This document shows positions 8,622 through 19,293 of a stretch of 64,000 nucleotides of DNA, piece after piece. The translations under genes were made by a program, and so were the position numbers. The first letter of the stretch is position 1; every line of letters starts with the position of its first letter. This DNA is from Bacteroidia bacterium (GTDB lineage: Bacteria; Bacteroidota; Bacteroidia; Bacteroidales; VadinHA17), in contig JAPLDX010000090.1 in NCBI GenBank assembly GCA_026391215.1, positions 37,222 through 101,221 on the forward strand, in the 5' to 3' direction. The notes beneath the pieces were generated by a model. It made no database searches and was not told the origin of the DNA. It saw nothing but the letters and a program-made list of their open reading frames with translations.

Positions 8622-8629
8622 TAATTTTG
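8622..8629 (+). promoter_or_regulatory. -7 promoter motif TAATTTTG for the peptidase gene
   Basis: TAnnTTTG about 43 nt upstream of the ATG at 8672. Confidence 0.5.
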
Positions 8630-8671
8630 ATAATTATACTGTTTGAAAAATCTATTTAAACCATATTACCT

Positions 8672-10783
8672 ATGAAAAAGTACTTTATTATTTTACCGGC
8701 GCTGATTATCCTTTGCGCATGCACTGGCGGCAACAAGGAAAAAATCACTTATCCTGTGACCCGGGCCGGCAACGTCGTTGATACCATTTTCGGAACTCCG
8801 GTTCCTGATCCGTACAGGTGGCTCGAGGATGACATTTCGGAAGAAACCGCTGCCTGGGTAAAGGAGCAGAACCTTGTCACTTTCGGCTATCTGGAAAAGA
8901 TCCCTTACAGGGAACAGATCAAAGAACGCCTGACAAAGATGTATAACTATGAAAAATACGGTATTCCTCATAAGGAAGATGATTATACTTATTTTTCAAA
9001 AAATGACGGTCTTCAAAATCAGTATGTTATCTACCGGCAAAAAGAGGGAGCAGAACTTGAAGTTTTTCTCGATCCGAATTCATTCTCTGCTGACGGTACG
9101 ACATCCCTGGGTGAGATGGGTTTTTCAAAGGATGGAAGCCTCGTTGCCTGGTCAATTTCTGAAGGCGGATCAGACTGGCGCAAGATAATAGTGATGGATG
9201 CCCCTGCAAAAAAGATTATCGGGGATACACTAACCGATATCAAGTTCACCGGTATCTCCTGGCAGGGCAATGACGGATTTTACTATTCCAGCTACGACAA
9301 GCCAAAAGGGAGTGAACTCTCGGCAATGACAGATCACCATAAGCTCTATTATCATAAGCTGGGAACAAAACAATCTGAAGACAAGGTAGTATTCGGAGCT
9401 GATAAAGTAAGAAGATATGTCGGAGGCTATGTTACTGAAGATGAAAGGTATCTTGTCGTTACTGCTTCTGTATCCACAACAGGAAATGAATTGTATATAA
9501 AGGATCTGACAAAGAAAAACAGTGATTTTCAAACTGTTGTGGGCAATTTTGACAGCGACAGCTATATTATTGACAACGACGGATCAAAACTCTACATAGC
9601 TACAAATCTGAATGCACCAAATGCAAAGATCATAACTGTGGATGCTGCAAAACCCGGTACTGAAAACTGGGTCGATTTCATTCCTGAAACAGAAAATGTG
9701 CTTAATCCATCGACCGGAGCCGGATTTTTCTTTGCCAGCTACCTTAAGGATGCCATTTCATATGTCAAACAATATGATAAAGCTGGTCAGTTTGTCCGCG
9801 ACATCACACTACCGGGACCAGGAAGTGCCGACGGATTCAATGCGAAAAAGGAAGATACTGAAATCTATTATTCATTTACAAATTATACCATCCCTTCGAC
9901 AATCTATAAAATGAATCCACTCAGCGGAGATGCCGGGATTTACAAAAAACCTTCAGTAGCATTCAATGGTGATGATTATGAATCAATCCAGGTTTTTTAT
10001 GAATCAAAAGACGGAACACGTATCCCTATGATAATCACCTTCAGAAAAAACACTCCGCTTAATGGAAAGAATCCTGCTATGCTATACGGTTACGGTGGAT
10101 TTAATTCAAGCATGACACCAGGATTCAGCATTACCAATGCCTTATGGCTTGACATGGGAGGAATTTATGCAGTACCCAATATCAGGGGAGGTGGCGAATA
10201 CGGTGAAAAATGGCATCTCGCAGGAACAAAAATGAATAAGCAGAATGTGTACGATGATTTTATAGCTGCTGCTGAATACCTTATTATTAATAAGTATACA
10301 TCGCCTGATTTTCTGGTAGTAAGAGGCGGTTCAAACGGAGGACTGCTTGTTGGCGCAGTAATGACACAAAGACCTGAACTTTTTAAAGTGGCTCTTCCGG
10401 CTGTCGGAGTTATGGACATGCTCAGGTATCATAAATTTACTGCCGGAGCAGGCTGGGCTTACGATTACGGAACTGCTGACGAAAGCCCTGAAATGTTTAA
10501 CTATATCCTGAAATACTCTCCTGTTCAAAATGTCAGGGAGGGCACTGAATACCCTGCTACTCTTGTAACAACAGGCGATCATGATGACAGAGTAGTACCG
10601 GCACATTCATTCAAGTTTGCAGCCCATCTGCAGGCAAAACAGGCTGGTTCCGCTCCCGTCCTGATCCGGATCGAAACAAAAGCAGGACATAGTGCCGGCA
10701 CCCCTGTAAGCAAAATCATTGAGCAGTATACCGATATCTACAGCTTCACACTCTGGAACATGGGGATAAAGGAGCTGAAATGA
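8672..10783 (+). CDS. Prolyl oligopeptidase (S9A), lipoprotein
   Basis: DPYRWLED, GGSNGGLL (catalytic Ser), DHDDRVVPAHS, AGH; Cys after the hydrophobic leader. Confidence 0.95.
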   Translation: MKKYFIILPALIILCACTGGNKEKITYPVTRAGNVVDTIFGTPVPDPYRWLEDDISEETAAWVKEQNLVTFGYLEKIPYREQIKERLTKMYNYEKYGIPHKEDDYTYFSKNDGLQNQYVIYRQKEGAELEVFLDPNSFSADGTTSLGEMGFSKDGSLVAWSISEGGSDWRKIIVMDAPAKKIIGDTLTDIKFTGISWQGNDGFYYSSYDKPKGSELSAMTDHHKLYYHKLGTKQSEDKVVFGADKVRRYVGGYVTEDERYLVVTASVSTTGNELYIKDLTKKNSDFQTVVGNFDSDSYIIDNDGSKLYIATNLNAPNAKIITVDAAKPGTENWVDFIPETENVLNPSTGAGFFFASYLKDAISYVKQYDKAGQFVRDITLPGPGSADGFNAKKEDTEIYYSFTNYTIPSTIYKMNPLSGDAGIYKKPSVAFNGDDYESIQVFYESKDGTRIPMIITFRKNTPLNGKNPAMLYGYGGFNSSMTPGFSITNALWLDMGGIYAVPNIRGGGEYGEKWHLAGTKMNKQNVYDDFIAAAEYLIINKYTSPDFLVVRGGSNGGLLVGAVMTQRPELFKVALPAVGVMDMLRYHKFTAGAGWAYDYGTADESPEMFNYILKYSPVQNVREGTEYPATLVTTGDHDDRVVPAHSFKFAAHLQAKQAGSAPVLIRIETKAGHSAGTPVSKIIEQYTDIYSFTLWNMGIKELK

Positions 10784-10793
10784 AACAACTATC

Positions 10794-11975
10794 ATGACAG
10801 ATAAAATAATCCGAAGCGGGATTGCCGGTTCAGGTTATGCTGCAAGGTTTCATTATGATGCCCTGCAGCGGCTTTATTCTGTTAAAGTAAAAATAACCGG
10901 TGCATACTCCCCTACTTCTCAAAGACTTAAGCTGTTCACTGAAGAACGCCACCTGAAAGCTTTCAGCAATCTTGAGTCTCTGATTGATGAATCAGATGTC
11001 ATTCATGTCTGTACTCCCCCTTCAGCCCATGAACCGATAGTAATTGAAGCTCTTAAGCAAAATAAACATGTTATCGTTGAAAAGCCTTTGACCGGATATT
11101 TCGGGGATGATAGCGATAATTTTAATGGAGATACTTTCCCGCGTGAGAAGGGACTTGAACAGGCTCTGTCCAGTGTAAAAAGAATGATTGGTGCAGAAAA
11201 GAAGAGCCGCGGAAAGATCATGTATGCTGAGAACTGGATATATGCCCCGGCCGTAATAAAGGAAAGCGACATCCTGCGGAAGACAAAAGCCCAGATCCTG
11301 TGGATGCACGGTGAGGAATCTCATTCCGGCTCACATTCATTAAATTACGGACAATGGAAATTCTCAGGAGGAGGTTCAATGATCGGCAAGGGATGCCATC
11401 CCCTCACGGCAGCATTATATTTTAAACAGGTTGAAGGTAAGGCTCGTGATGGCAAGCCGGTAAGACCTGCAGCTGTATCAGCCCGTACTCATGCTGTTAC
11501 CCGTATGCCGGGATATATGGATGAAGGTCATCTCAGAACTACCTATAAAGATATTGAAGACTTTGCAGCCATTCATATCATTTTTGAAGACGGCACATTT
11601 GCTGATATTTTTGCCAGCGAGCTGGTGCTTGGAGGAGTACATAACTGGATAGAGGTAAACACCAATAACCACAGGACCATCTGCAATATAAGCCCTAACG
11701 ATGCTATGCAGAGCTATACTCCCGATGAGAAGCATTTTAAAGACGTTTATACTGTTGAAAAGACAGAAACAAAACAGGGATGGTCGTCCGTCTCTCCTGA
11801 TGAAAGCTGGTTTACGGGTTATCAGCACGAGATGGAGGCTTTTTACCGTTCTGCTGCTTTCGGTGAAGCAGTTGAAAGCAACAGCAGTTTAGCAGCTGAT
11901 GCAATAGCAACTATTTATGCAGGTTACCTGTCGGCTGAAAGAAAAGGATCAGAGGTACCAGTTACACTACTTTAA
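10794..11975 (+). CDS. Gfo/Idh/MocA family oxidoreductase (cytoplasmic)
   Basis: GIAGSGYAA Rossmann start, HVCTPP, VEKP, GGGSMIGKGCH. Confidence 0.88.
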   Translation: MTDKIIRSGIAGSGYAARFHYDALQRLYSVKVKITGAYSPTSQRLKLFTEERHLKAFSNLESLIDESDVIHVCTPPSAHEPIVIEALKQNKHVIVEKPLTGYFGDDSDNFNGDTFPREKGLEQALSSVKRMIGAEKKSRGKIMYAENWIYAPAVIKESDILRKTKAQILWMHGEESHSGSHSLNYGQWKFSGGGSMIGKGCHPLTAALYFKQVEGKARDGKPVRPAAVSARTHAVTRMPGYMDEGHLRTTYKDIEDFAAIHIIFEDGTFADIFASELVLGGVHNWIEVNTNNHRTICNISPNDAMQSYTPDEKHFKDVYTVEKTETKQGWSSVSPDESWFTGYQHEMEAFYRSAAFGEAVESNSSLAADAIATIYAGYLSAERKGSEVPVTLL

Positions 11976-14488
11976 TCTATAATAAAGTCTTTGACAGTAA
12001 TCTCACCAAAGGTTACATCGAGGAAAGGCTTGCCATTTTTCATTCCGGCATTTCCAAAACCTGTGGCTGTTGAAATAAATGAAGTATAATCACCTGTTCC
12101 CGAATTTAAATACATTACCTGATCGACTGCATCGTACCTGATCCCTGAAAGAGCCTGGAGCATTGCATAGCTCGATAGCGCTCTTGCATACCAGTTACCG
12201 CATTCGTACTCATTGAAAGGATTCCGGATCCTTCCGTCATACCTGTCGCGGGCTATCCTTACTATTTCCAGTCCTTTTTCCGATTCGCCCATCATCATAA
12301 GATGAGAGGCTACCTGGTACTCAATACCTGTCCACACTTCATCACTGTAAACGAAGGGAAGTGACAACTTTCCTCCCTTTGGCCAACTGCAAAGCAACAG
12401 TCCTCCCTCATTCCCAAGTGCATATGAAGGGCGCTGAGGATTTGAATGATCTGAAAGATCCCTGCGTAAATTATATTTATATACTGATTTCAGGTGACTT
12501 GCCACTTTAAAGGAATCGACAACATCACTAAGGCCGCATACCTCCCCTATCCATGCACCCAGGATACCATCAGAAAGACATCCTGTGCCATACTGATATT
12601 TTGGACCTTCCTTCTGAAGTAGTGCCCTGGCTTCTTCTGAATAATCCGACGACCATGATCCTTCAGAAGCTTTTACAGGATCCGGAGAACTTAGTCCCTC
12701 CCATTTTATCTTCTGTATGAAATATTCACCATCAAACAGTTCCGATTCTAACGTCTTCCTCCCTTTTGAATAAAGTAATTCATATTTTGAAACATCAGCA
12801 CCAAGGTATTTGCCCATTTCCGCTATAGCTTTCAGGGCTCCCAGGTAGAAGCTTGTACACATCCCATCCGGTCCCCAGAATTCTATGTCGTAAGTGTTAT
12901 GGTGTGGTTCTTCCAGTGTTCCGGTAGAACGGGGATCCCATGTCTTAATGCAATAATCCATGCTTTCTACCACTTTTGGATACAGCTTTTTAAGCCATTC
13001 GGCATTGCCGCTGATATGCCAGTCGCGGTATACTTTCATGATCCCTCCCAGCTGACCATCTGATGCAGCATAAAAAGTAGTTGCGACAGGACGGATCGGC
13101 AAAGCTGATCTGAATGTCTGATGTCCTTCCATATCCTGGCTCGGGAGAAATTCCGTCTCACGCAGGGTTCTCTCAAGTGAAGGGAAAAGATGAGGGATTG
13201 CCTGGGCATAATTCCATACATGGGTGCAGGAGCCGGCACAACAGCCTGAATTATCACCGCATCCCTCCCAGTTCCATAATTTTCCGTCACGCTGACGAAG
13301 AATCGTCGGTGATTTTAAAATTGTAAGGTTAGCAGCTACTGCTTCAATCACTTCAGGAGGATGGGTTGTATTGTAAAATGCATTGCAGAACAATTCGGAT
13401 TTCCCCAGAAGATCACTGTAATTTGTTTTCCAGTAATCTGCAACTTCATTTATCCCGGGAAATTTCGCTGAATACCATGGTTTATAATAGGGATCCTTGC
13501 AGGTACAATCAGTGTCGGTGCACTCCTCATCATCGGGCTCCTTTGAATCCTGGCCGTACTTCATATTAGTGTTTGGTACATACCAGGCCATCATGATCCT
13601 TATTACTTTTGACTCTCCCGGATTTAATGATAATGGCACATAAAGTGATGCACCCGGCGCATCATCCTCAACAGGCGATGTGTTCCTGGTTTCTCCTCTC
13701 AGAATTGTATTCCACGTCATGGTCATCGGGTCCCACCATCCTCCCCTGAACCAGCAATGGTCCACAATAGCTTCAGGCTCTGTGGTATATATTGCAAAAT
13801 CGCCCTGCTTCTCCGGATTTTCCTTGTTCCCCTCCTCAGACAGGATGAATCCTCCTGCAATGGGTTTTACTGAAGCTTTCCCGCCGGATTGGCTCATAAA
13901 ATTTTTGGTATTGTAAGAAAATACACATTCCAGAACTGAACTGCCGGTGTTTTTAAATGAATATTCCAGTGCTCCCACTGGCAAGCTTGAATTATCGGCA
14001 TCAGTAGGAATAAAAGGGCTCCATCCTTTTATCTGGACATTGAGCGGAATATCATTGTCATTCAGCTCAATGCCGGCAAATGGGAATCTTGCATGGAATG
14101 TCGCATTTTTAAATCTTGGAAGTCCATAGGTTGCTCCTGCGGAACCGTTCCCCGAACCAGGTTGTCCAAAGCGCTTCCAGTCCGGGACCTGGCCTTCAAG
14201 GACTTTTGTACCGTTTTCAATTCCCTTGACCGAAATGGCTGCGAATATGCACGGCTCATTGAAAACCTCAGGCTTGTTTCTTACCGACATGTGAGAAATT
14301 GCACCGGTCCCTTCCAGACAAAACATTCCTGCTCCCAATCCTCCGATCGGGAAAGCTATCCTGTTGAGGTATTCTCCTGAATATGTTCCGTTATACTCAT
14401 GTTTCGGATTATCGATTGTACCTTTTTTTTCAGCACAGGAGGTTAATAGCAATCCTCCGGATACTAATAGTACTAAGATCTTATTCAT
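11972..14488 (-). CDS. GH116 glycosidase, lipoprotein
   Basis: IAFPIGGLGAG, WEG...GCCAGSCTHVWNYAQ, HHNTYDIE, DEVWTGIEY, RNPFNEYECG.WYAR; LTSC lipobox. Confidence 0.9.
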   Translation of the reverse strand: MNKILVLLVSGGLLLTSCAEKKGTIDNPKHEYNGTYSGEYLNRIAFPIGGLGAGMFCLEGTGAISHMSVRNKPEVFNEPCIFAAISVKGIENGTKVLEGQVPDWKRFGQPGSGNGSAGATYGLPRFKNATFHARFPFAGIELNDNDIPLNVQIKGWSPFIPTDADNSSLPVGALEYSFKNTGSSVLECVFSYNTKNFMSQSGGKASVKPIAGGFILSEEGNKENPEKQGDFAIYTTEPEAIVDHCWFRGGWWDPMTMTWNTILRGETRNTSPVEDDAPGASLYVPLSLNPGESKVIRIMMAWYVPNTNMKYGQDSKEPDDEECTDTDCTCKDPYYKPWYSAKFPGINEVADYWKTNYSDLLGKSELFCNAFYNTTHPPEVIEAVAANLTILKSPTILRQRDGKLWNWEGCGDNSGCCAGSCTHVWNYAQAIPHLFPSLERTLRETEFLPSQDMEGHQTFRSALPIRPVATTFYAASDGQLGGIMKVYRDWHISGNAEWLKKLYPKVVESMDYCIKTWDPRSTGTLEEPHHNTYDIEFWGPDGMCTSFYLGALKAIAEMGKYLGADVSKYELLYSKGRKTLESELFDGEYFIQKIKWEGLSSPDPVKASEGSWSSDYSEEARALLQKEGPKYQYGTGCLSDGILGAWIGEVCGLSDVVDSFKVASHLKSVYKYNLRRDLSDHSNPQRPSYALGNEGGLLLCSWPKGGKLSLPFVYSDEVWTGIEYQVASHLMMMGESEKGLEIVRIARDRYDGRIRNPFNEYECGNWYARALSSYAMLQALSGIRYDAVDQVMYLNSGTGDYTSFISTATGFGNAGMKNGKPFLDVTFGEITVKDFIID

Positions 14489-14508
14489 AAAAATATCATT
14501 AAATGGTA

Positions 14509-15405
14509 CTAGCTCTCCAATATTTTAACCAGTCTGTCACACAAGTCTTTAAGTCCCTCTGGAGTATCTCCTCCCGGCTGCTCAATTGTAGCCCATCCAT
14601 TATACCCGATCCCGTCAAGGGCTTTCATGACTTTTGTCCAGTTCACATCACCTTCAGTCAATTTAACTTCAAAACCAGCAGATTTGCCCTGTTTGTCCGC
14701 AATCTTGCGACTATATTCCTTGATATGAACTTTGGCTATCCTTTTCTCCAGGATTTTGATCCACTGTTCTGGCCAACCATAAGCAAGGATATTGCCACAG
14801 TCAAAATAAAAACCTACAAAAGGACTCCCGAACTGATCGACATAAGAAGCCGCTTCCATCGGACTTAGCAGGAAATTATTCCAGACATTTTCCACTCCAA
14901 TCTTTACATTGAGTTTTTCAGCAAGTGGTATAGCTTTCTTTAACTCATCTGACGATCTGTTCCAGCACTCATCATAGCTGACAGTGTCATTTACTCTTCC
15001 GGGTACAAGCAGAACCGTATCTGCTCCATAGACCTGTGAATCTTCAATTGCAACTTTCAGTGCCTCCACACCTTTTTCTCTCACTTGAGGATCCGGATCA
15101 GACAGAGGGAATTTCCAATGCATTTCGTCGCAAACACTGGGTATCGATAAACCTGTCGCATCACGCGCTTTAAGTACTTCGTTCCTGTCAAGATGACTCA
15201 TTACTTCAATCCCGTCGAAACCGGCGGCTTTTGCAGACTGGAATTTTTCATAAATGGTTTTGCCAACACCATTGCTCCCCCACATTATTCCTTTTTTTAT
15301 ACTTCTCACGGGAGGAAGAAGTTTTCCTGAGAGACCATGAAAAGGCGCAATTGAAAACGCTGCAGAAGCCATCATGGTTCCTTTTGTGAATTGCCTTCTA
15401 TTCAT
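14509..15405 (-). CDS. Tat-exported sugar phosphate isomerase/epimerase-family (xylose-isomerase-like TIM barrel) protein
   Basis: MNRRQF Tat motif; ENVWNNFLLSP, FDCGN, HIKE metal ligands. Confidence 0.88.
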   Translation of the reverse strand: MNRRQFTKGTMMASAAFSIAPFHGLSGKLLPPVRSIKKGIMWGSNGVGKTIYEKFQSAKAAGFDGIEVMSHLDRNEVLKARDATGLSIPSVCDEMHWKFPLSDPDPQVREKGVEALKVAIEDSQVYGADTVLLVPGRVNDTVSYDECWNRSSDELKKAIPLAEKLNVKIGVENVWNNFLLSPMEAASYVDQFGSPFVGFYFDCGNILAYGWPEQWIKILEKRIAKVHIKEYSRKIADKQGKSAGFEVKLTEGDVNWTKVMKALDGIGYNGWATIEQPGGDTPEGLKDLCDRLVKILES

Positions 15406-15432
15406 AAATAACTTATTTTGAGCATTATAATG

Positions 15433-16788
15433 TTAAACATTTGATTCTGTCCCGATTATCGGAATCACCTCCGGAATACCAGGGACGGGGCCAAATGCAT
15501 ATGTTTTCGGACCGAGATACAGGTCTGAATTCATTACCTCCTCCCATGTCACGTCTTTTCCCGAATATGCTGACATACGTCCCATAATTGTAATAAGGGA
15601 GGAGTTCACCTGAGCTTCAGCATCGTTAACTACGTTGCCCGTACGGATCCCTGTTATCAGATTAATATGTTCCTGAACATAAGGATCAGTTACCTTCCAG
15701 GTTTCATCAGCCGATCCCTCTTCTGGTGTTGGATATTTCCATATCTCCTCTCCTTTCAGGTTATATAATATCCCCTTTGCGTCAGCAAATCCATTGGTGC
15801 CCACTATAAACTGTTTTGTAAGATTACTGCAGCCGGTGATCTGTCGTGCAGCACAATGGGTATGCATGCCGTTGTCATAAATATATTCTATGCTGAAGAA
15901 GTCATACTGGTCACCAGTCACCCTTCTCTGGCGTCCGCCCCAGCCGATAGCCTTTACAGGGATCTTTCCAAGATACCAGTTCATCACATCAATTTCATGA
16001 ATGAACTGCTCAACAATATGATCACCTGAAAGCCAGCAGAAATTCGCCCAGTTTCTGAGCATATACTCCATATCGGTCCATCCGGGTTTTCGTTTTATAA
16101 CCCAGAGTGAACCGCCATTGCGGATAATATGAGCGCTGACGATATCCCCTATTTCACCGTTCATTACTCTCCTCTTTGTTTCCATGAAATCTTTCTGAAC
16201 CCTCCTGATCGTTCCGCTGACCAGGCATAATCCCTTTTCCTTTGCTCTTTCAATGGAAACCATCACTGAACGAGCCCCTACAGGATCGACTGCACATGGT
16301 TTTTCAAGGAATATATGTTTGCCCGCTTCGACCGCTGCTGCAATATGGACAGGACGGAAATGAGGAGGTGTGCATAGAAGCACAACATCAACGCCTGAGT
16401 CAATTACTTTCTGATAGCTGTCAAATCCAGTGAAGCATTTTTCATCAGCTATTTCAATGTTCCTTTCCTTTTTAAGCTGCTCCCGGCATTGATCAAGTCT
16501 GTCCCTGAAAACATCTCCAAGGGCAGTTATCTGAAGGTTTGGACCTGCATCCACGAAGTTAACTGCAGCTCCCGTACCTCTACCTCCACATCCTACGAGC
16601 CCCGCTTTAAGGACTGGTCCGTCTGGAGCCTGTGTCAGAAGAGCAGGAAGCTTTTCTTCCTCTTTCTTTGGTTCTGTTCCTTTGCATGAACTGATGATTC
16701 CCATTGAGCCTAATGCAGCCGCAGCCATAGTAGTGTTCGAGATAAATTTTCTGCGGCCGATTTTCTTGTGTGAAGTCTCTTTTTTCAT
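15433..16788 (-). CDS. Tat-exported Gfo/Idh/MocA oxidoreductase (lipoprotein)
   Basis: Start moved to 16788 (MKKETSHKKIGRRKF...SSC); GLVGCGGRGTGA, TPPHFR, EKP, SGDHIVEQFIH. Confidence 0.9.
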   Translation of the reverse strand: MKKETSHKKIGRRKFISNTTMAAAALGSMGIISSCKGTEPKKEEEKLPALLTQAPDGPVLKAGLVGCGGRGTGAAVNFVDAGPNLQITALGDVFRDRLDQCREQLKKERNIEIADEKCFTGFDSYQKVIDSGVDVVLLCTPPHFRPVHIAAAVEAGKHIFLEKPCAVDPVGARSVMVSIERAKEKGLCLVSGTIRRVQKDFMETKRRVMNGEIGDIVSAHIIRNGGSLWVIKRKPGWTDMEYMLRNWANFCWLSGDHIVEQFIHEIDVMNWYLGKIPVKAIGWGGRQRRVTGDQYDFFSIEYIYDNGMHTHCAARQITGCSNLTKQFIVGTNGFADAKGILYNLKGEEIWKYPTPEEGSADETWKVTDPYVQEHINLITGIRTGNVVNDAEAQVNSSLITIMGRMSAYSGKDVTWEEVMNSDLYLGPKTYAFGPVPGIPEVIPIIGTESNV

Positions 16789-16810
16789 AAAAGCTTTTTT
16801 AGCGTAATTA

Positions 16811-18001
16811 TTAATAAACTTCAAGTTCCCGCCATGAGGGCATAGCAGGATATTTAGCATGAGGTTCGGTCTGGTACCAGTAGCACACCGATGCAATGTC
16901 AGATTTCTGTGCCAGGTATCTTCCTCCCTGACGCCATCCAAGGTCCTGAATGGTAATTTTCAGGTCTTTATCAAATCTGACAGGATCCATAATGTGCCAG
17001 CGGTACATTCCGAAGCGCTGCATCACGTTATAATGCCCGTCGCCCCTGATAACCTGGTGAAGACCTGTATAGGGAGTGCTGAACTCTGTATAATTGACTT
17101 CTTCGACACCTGCTGCATTTTTTAGTCTTGTGTCAAAATCATAGGAGCCGCAGAAATAATCTTCTGTGCCAGTGCCGCAAATTGTCGGGAATTTTGTATC
17201 GCCGTCCAAAAAGAATTTTATTTCTCCTTCACCCCACCAACCGTTGTTGTTCACCCCTAAAGCCAGATAGACACCTACATACTGGCCTTTCCCCTTGATA
17301 CCATCCGCGATAGTATAATCAGAGGTTGTATTTGGATTTGCCCTCCGGAACTGGGTATGGAAATATGCTGCGTCAGCCGGTACTTCAGTAAGTGTATAGT
17401 CTATCTGGTAGTAAAGGGTCATTCTGTCCTCATCTCCTGTATTTGTCATTGTAATTTTGCATTTCTTTCTGAACGGCATTGCCCAGTAGCAGTTGAAAGC
17501 GCTTCCCGGATTGACACATATGGCCAGCGATGTAAGTGGAGCGTAACTTCCCCATCCCATTGCGAAAAAATCACCTACAGGACATTCAACTGAAGGTTCA
17601 GTTTCTCCATCCCAATAGATGCGGAGTATGTTATAACGCCATTTGCCAGCAGGGGTCATCCAGATATGCTGGATCGCTCCCGGGCCCTCAATATCTGCAA
17701 GTGTAAATGTTTCTCCGGGCATTATCCTGACATACGGATTCACTTTCCAGCCCTGTCCGAGATCGCGGGCTGCATTGTATGCATTTGCCACATTGGGCTT
17801 ATCCTTGTCGGCAACAGGATCAGCCATCCCTGCTTTGCCTTTCTCGCCGGTAAAGTTTTCAGGGCTTATGGACCGCGTTTTTGCATCGGATAACCTGTAG
17901 AGGTTACCCATGTTCATGTCGAGACCATTGAATTTGCTCTGCGCGAATGCAAATAATGGCAGAAAACAGAATACTGAAATAACTACAAGAAGCCTTTTCA
18001 T
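16811..18001 (-). CDS. GH172 (DUF2961) glycosidase
   Basis: RSISPENFTGEKG, GPGAIQHIWMT, WWGEGE, GTGTEDYF, YRWHIMDP; signal peptide from MKRLLVV at 18001. Confidence 0.9.
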   Translation of the reverse strand: MKRLLVVISVFCFLPLFAFAQSKFNGLDMNMGNLYRLSDAKTRSISPENFTGEKGKAGMADPVADKDKPNVANAYNAARDLGQGWKVNPYVRIMPGETFTLADIEGPGAIQHIWMTPAGKWRYNILRIYWDGETEPSVECPVGDFFAMGWGSYAPLTSLAICVNPGSAFNCYWAMPFRKKCKITMTNTGDEDRMTLYYQIDYTLTEVPADAAYFHTQFRRANPNTTSDYTIADGIKGKGQYVGVYLALGVNNNGWWGEGEIKFFLDGDTKFPTICGTGTEDYFCGSYDFDTRLKNAAGVEEVNYTEFSTPYTGLHQVIRGDGHYNVMQRFGMYRWHIMDPVRFDKDLKITIQDLGWRQGGRYLAQKSDIASVCYWYQTEPHAKYPAMPSWRELEVY

Positions 18002-18085
18002 ATTATTAAGTTTAGATTTAGTAATCATTACAATCTAAAATTAATAAATAGACAGGAATTGCAGGGTATATTTTGAATGAATCTG

Positions 18086-18119
18086 AAAAAAAACAGGGGC
18101 GCTGTATGCAACGCCCCTG
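18086..18119 (-). terminator. Rho-independent terminator
   Basis: CAGGGGCG...CGCCCCTG stem followed by a T8 tract on the - strand, just downstream of the 18157 gene. Confidence 0.8.
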
Positions 18120-18156
18120 CTTTGTGCTATTTGAAGTTATTATCCAAATTTGGTTA

Positions 18157-18627
18157 TTACCAGATATACCTTATTGACAAAGCACCACCATCACCCCAGA
18201 AATGTGAATAGCCGATAAAATTGAATGCAGGCTTCCAGTCTAAGCTTATATTGATCGGGAGCTCCGTAAAATTGTATTCCAGTCCGAGGATCCCGTCAAC
18301 ACCAACCACAGTATATCCTGTCCCTGCAGTACCCCAACTGGTATTATCACCATTATAAAAACCTACGTGTGCCCCTATTCCATAATACCAGTTAAGCCTG
18401 TCAACATCGAAAGCGCGGTTATGTATTTCATATAATCCGGTTATTTCAAAACCGCTCCACCTGGTTGATCCTAAAAGTTCAACAGCAGTTTTGTCACCAA
18501 GAAAGTGCTTGAATGTAAGACCATTATACAAACCGCCTCTTAATCCGATACCATTTCTATAATCCTGAGCCCCGGCGACAGCTGTAAACAATACAGCAAT
18601 TGTAATTATAGCTAAAAACTTTTTCAT
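18157..18627 (-). CDS. Small outer-membrane beta-barrel protein
   Basis: Signal peptide, amphipathic strands (GIGLRGG, GLTFKHF, GLEYNF, ISLDWKP), ends SIRYIW; TATTTTTG -7 motif at 18651-18658. Confidence 0.75.
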   Translation of the reverse strand: MKKFLAIITIAVLFTAVAGAQDYRNGIGLRGGLYNGLTFKHFLGDKTAVELLGSTRWSGFEITGLYEIHNRAFDVDRLNWYYGIGAHVGFYNGDNTSWGTAGTGYTVVGVDGILGLEYNFTELPINISLDWKPAFNFIGYSHFWGDGGALSIRYIW

Positions 18628-18770
18628 AGTAAATAATTATGATTAAGCCACAAAAATAACAAAATTTAAACAAACTAAATTTTTTAAAACCTAATGAGAG
18701 ATTTTTTGATCTGCTTTGTTGGGATTGTATAATGATTTTTTTTGTAAATTACTGTTAGAAATATTACTGA

Positions 18771-19286
18771 TTGAAGAGACAATCTATAATTAAGAAAATC
18801 CCATTATTTCTGTCATTCCTGATATTCATGAATTATTCAGGCAATGCTCAATTCTCATTTAAATTGCAGACAGGGATCAGCTATATCGAGCACTTTTCAA
18901 CAGGAATAACTTTCAGCTTTTCAGAGAGACATAACTTATCGCTGCTGTACGGTTCAAATTTCTTTATTAAGCCCAGGGACTTTTCATGTCTCATGCTTCA
19001 GTACGATTTTCTGTTCAGTAAACTGGATTTTGCAGGAATAATCCCCGCAATCGGCATTAAGGGAGGATATTCAGTTTATACCAATAGCTATTACAAGTGG
19101 AACCTGTCTTCTTTTGTACCATTCACCGGACTCAGGTATAAGGCTGGTAATAAATTAGAAATCGATCTGGATATTGGAACAGCAATATCCATTGAACATT
19201 CTGTAAAAAGGATTTCATACGGGGAAATAGGAATGTACAAAGAGTATCTGCCGGAGTTTAAACTAGGCTTAAAATATAAACTTTGA
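18771..19286 (+). CDS. Hypothetical secreted / outer-membrane beta-barrel protein
   Basis: Signal peptide ending AQ; alternating beta strands; ends LGLKYKL. Confidence 0.55.
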   Translation: MKRQSIIKKIPLFLSFLIFMNYSGNAQFSFKLQTGISYIEHFSTGITFSFSERHNLSLLYGSNFFIKPRDFSCLMLQYDFLFSKLDFAGIIPAIGIKGGYSVYTNSYYKWNLSSFVPFTGLRYKAGNKLEIDLDIGTAISIEHSVKRISYGEIGMYKEYLPEFKLGLKYKL

Positions 19287-19293
19287 AAATAAT

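Noticed and set aside
16789-16941. N-terminal extension of the 502-aa oxidoreductase ORF
   Set aside because: Overlaps the GH172 3' end; the Tat leader starts at 16788
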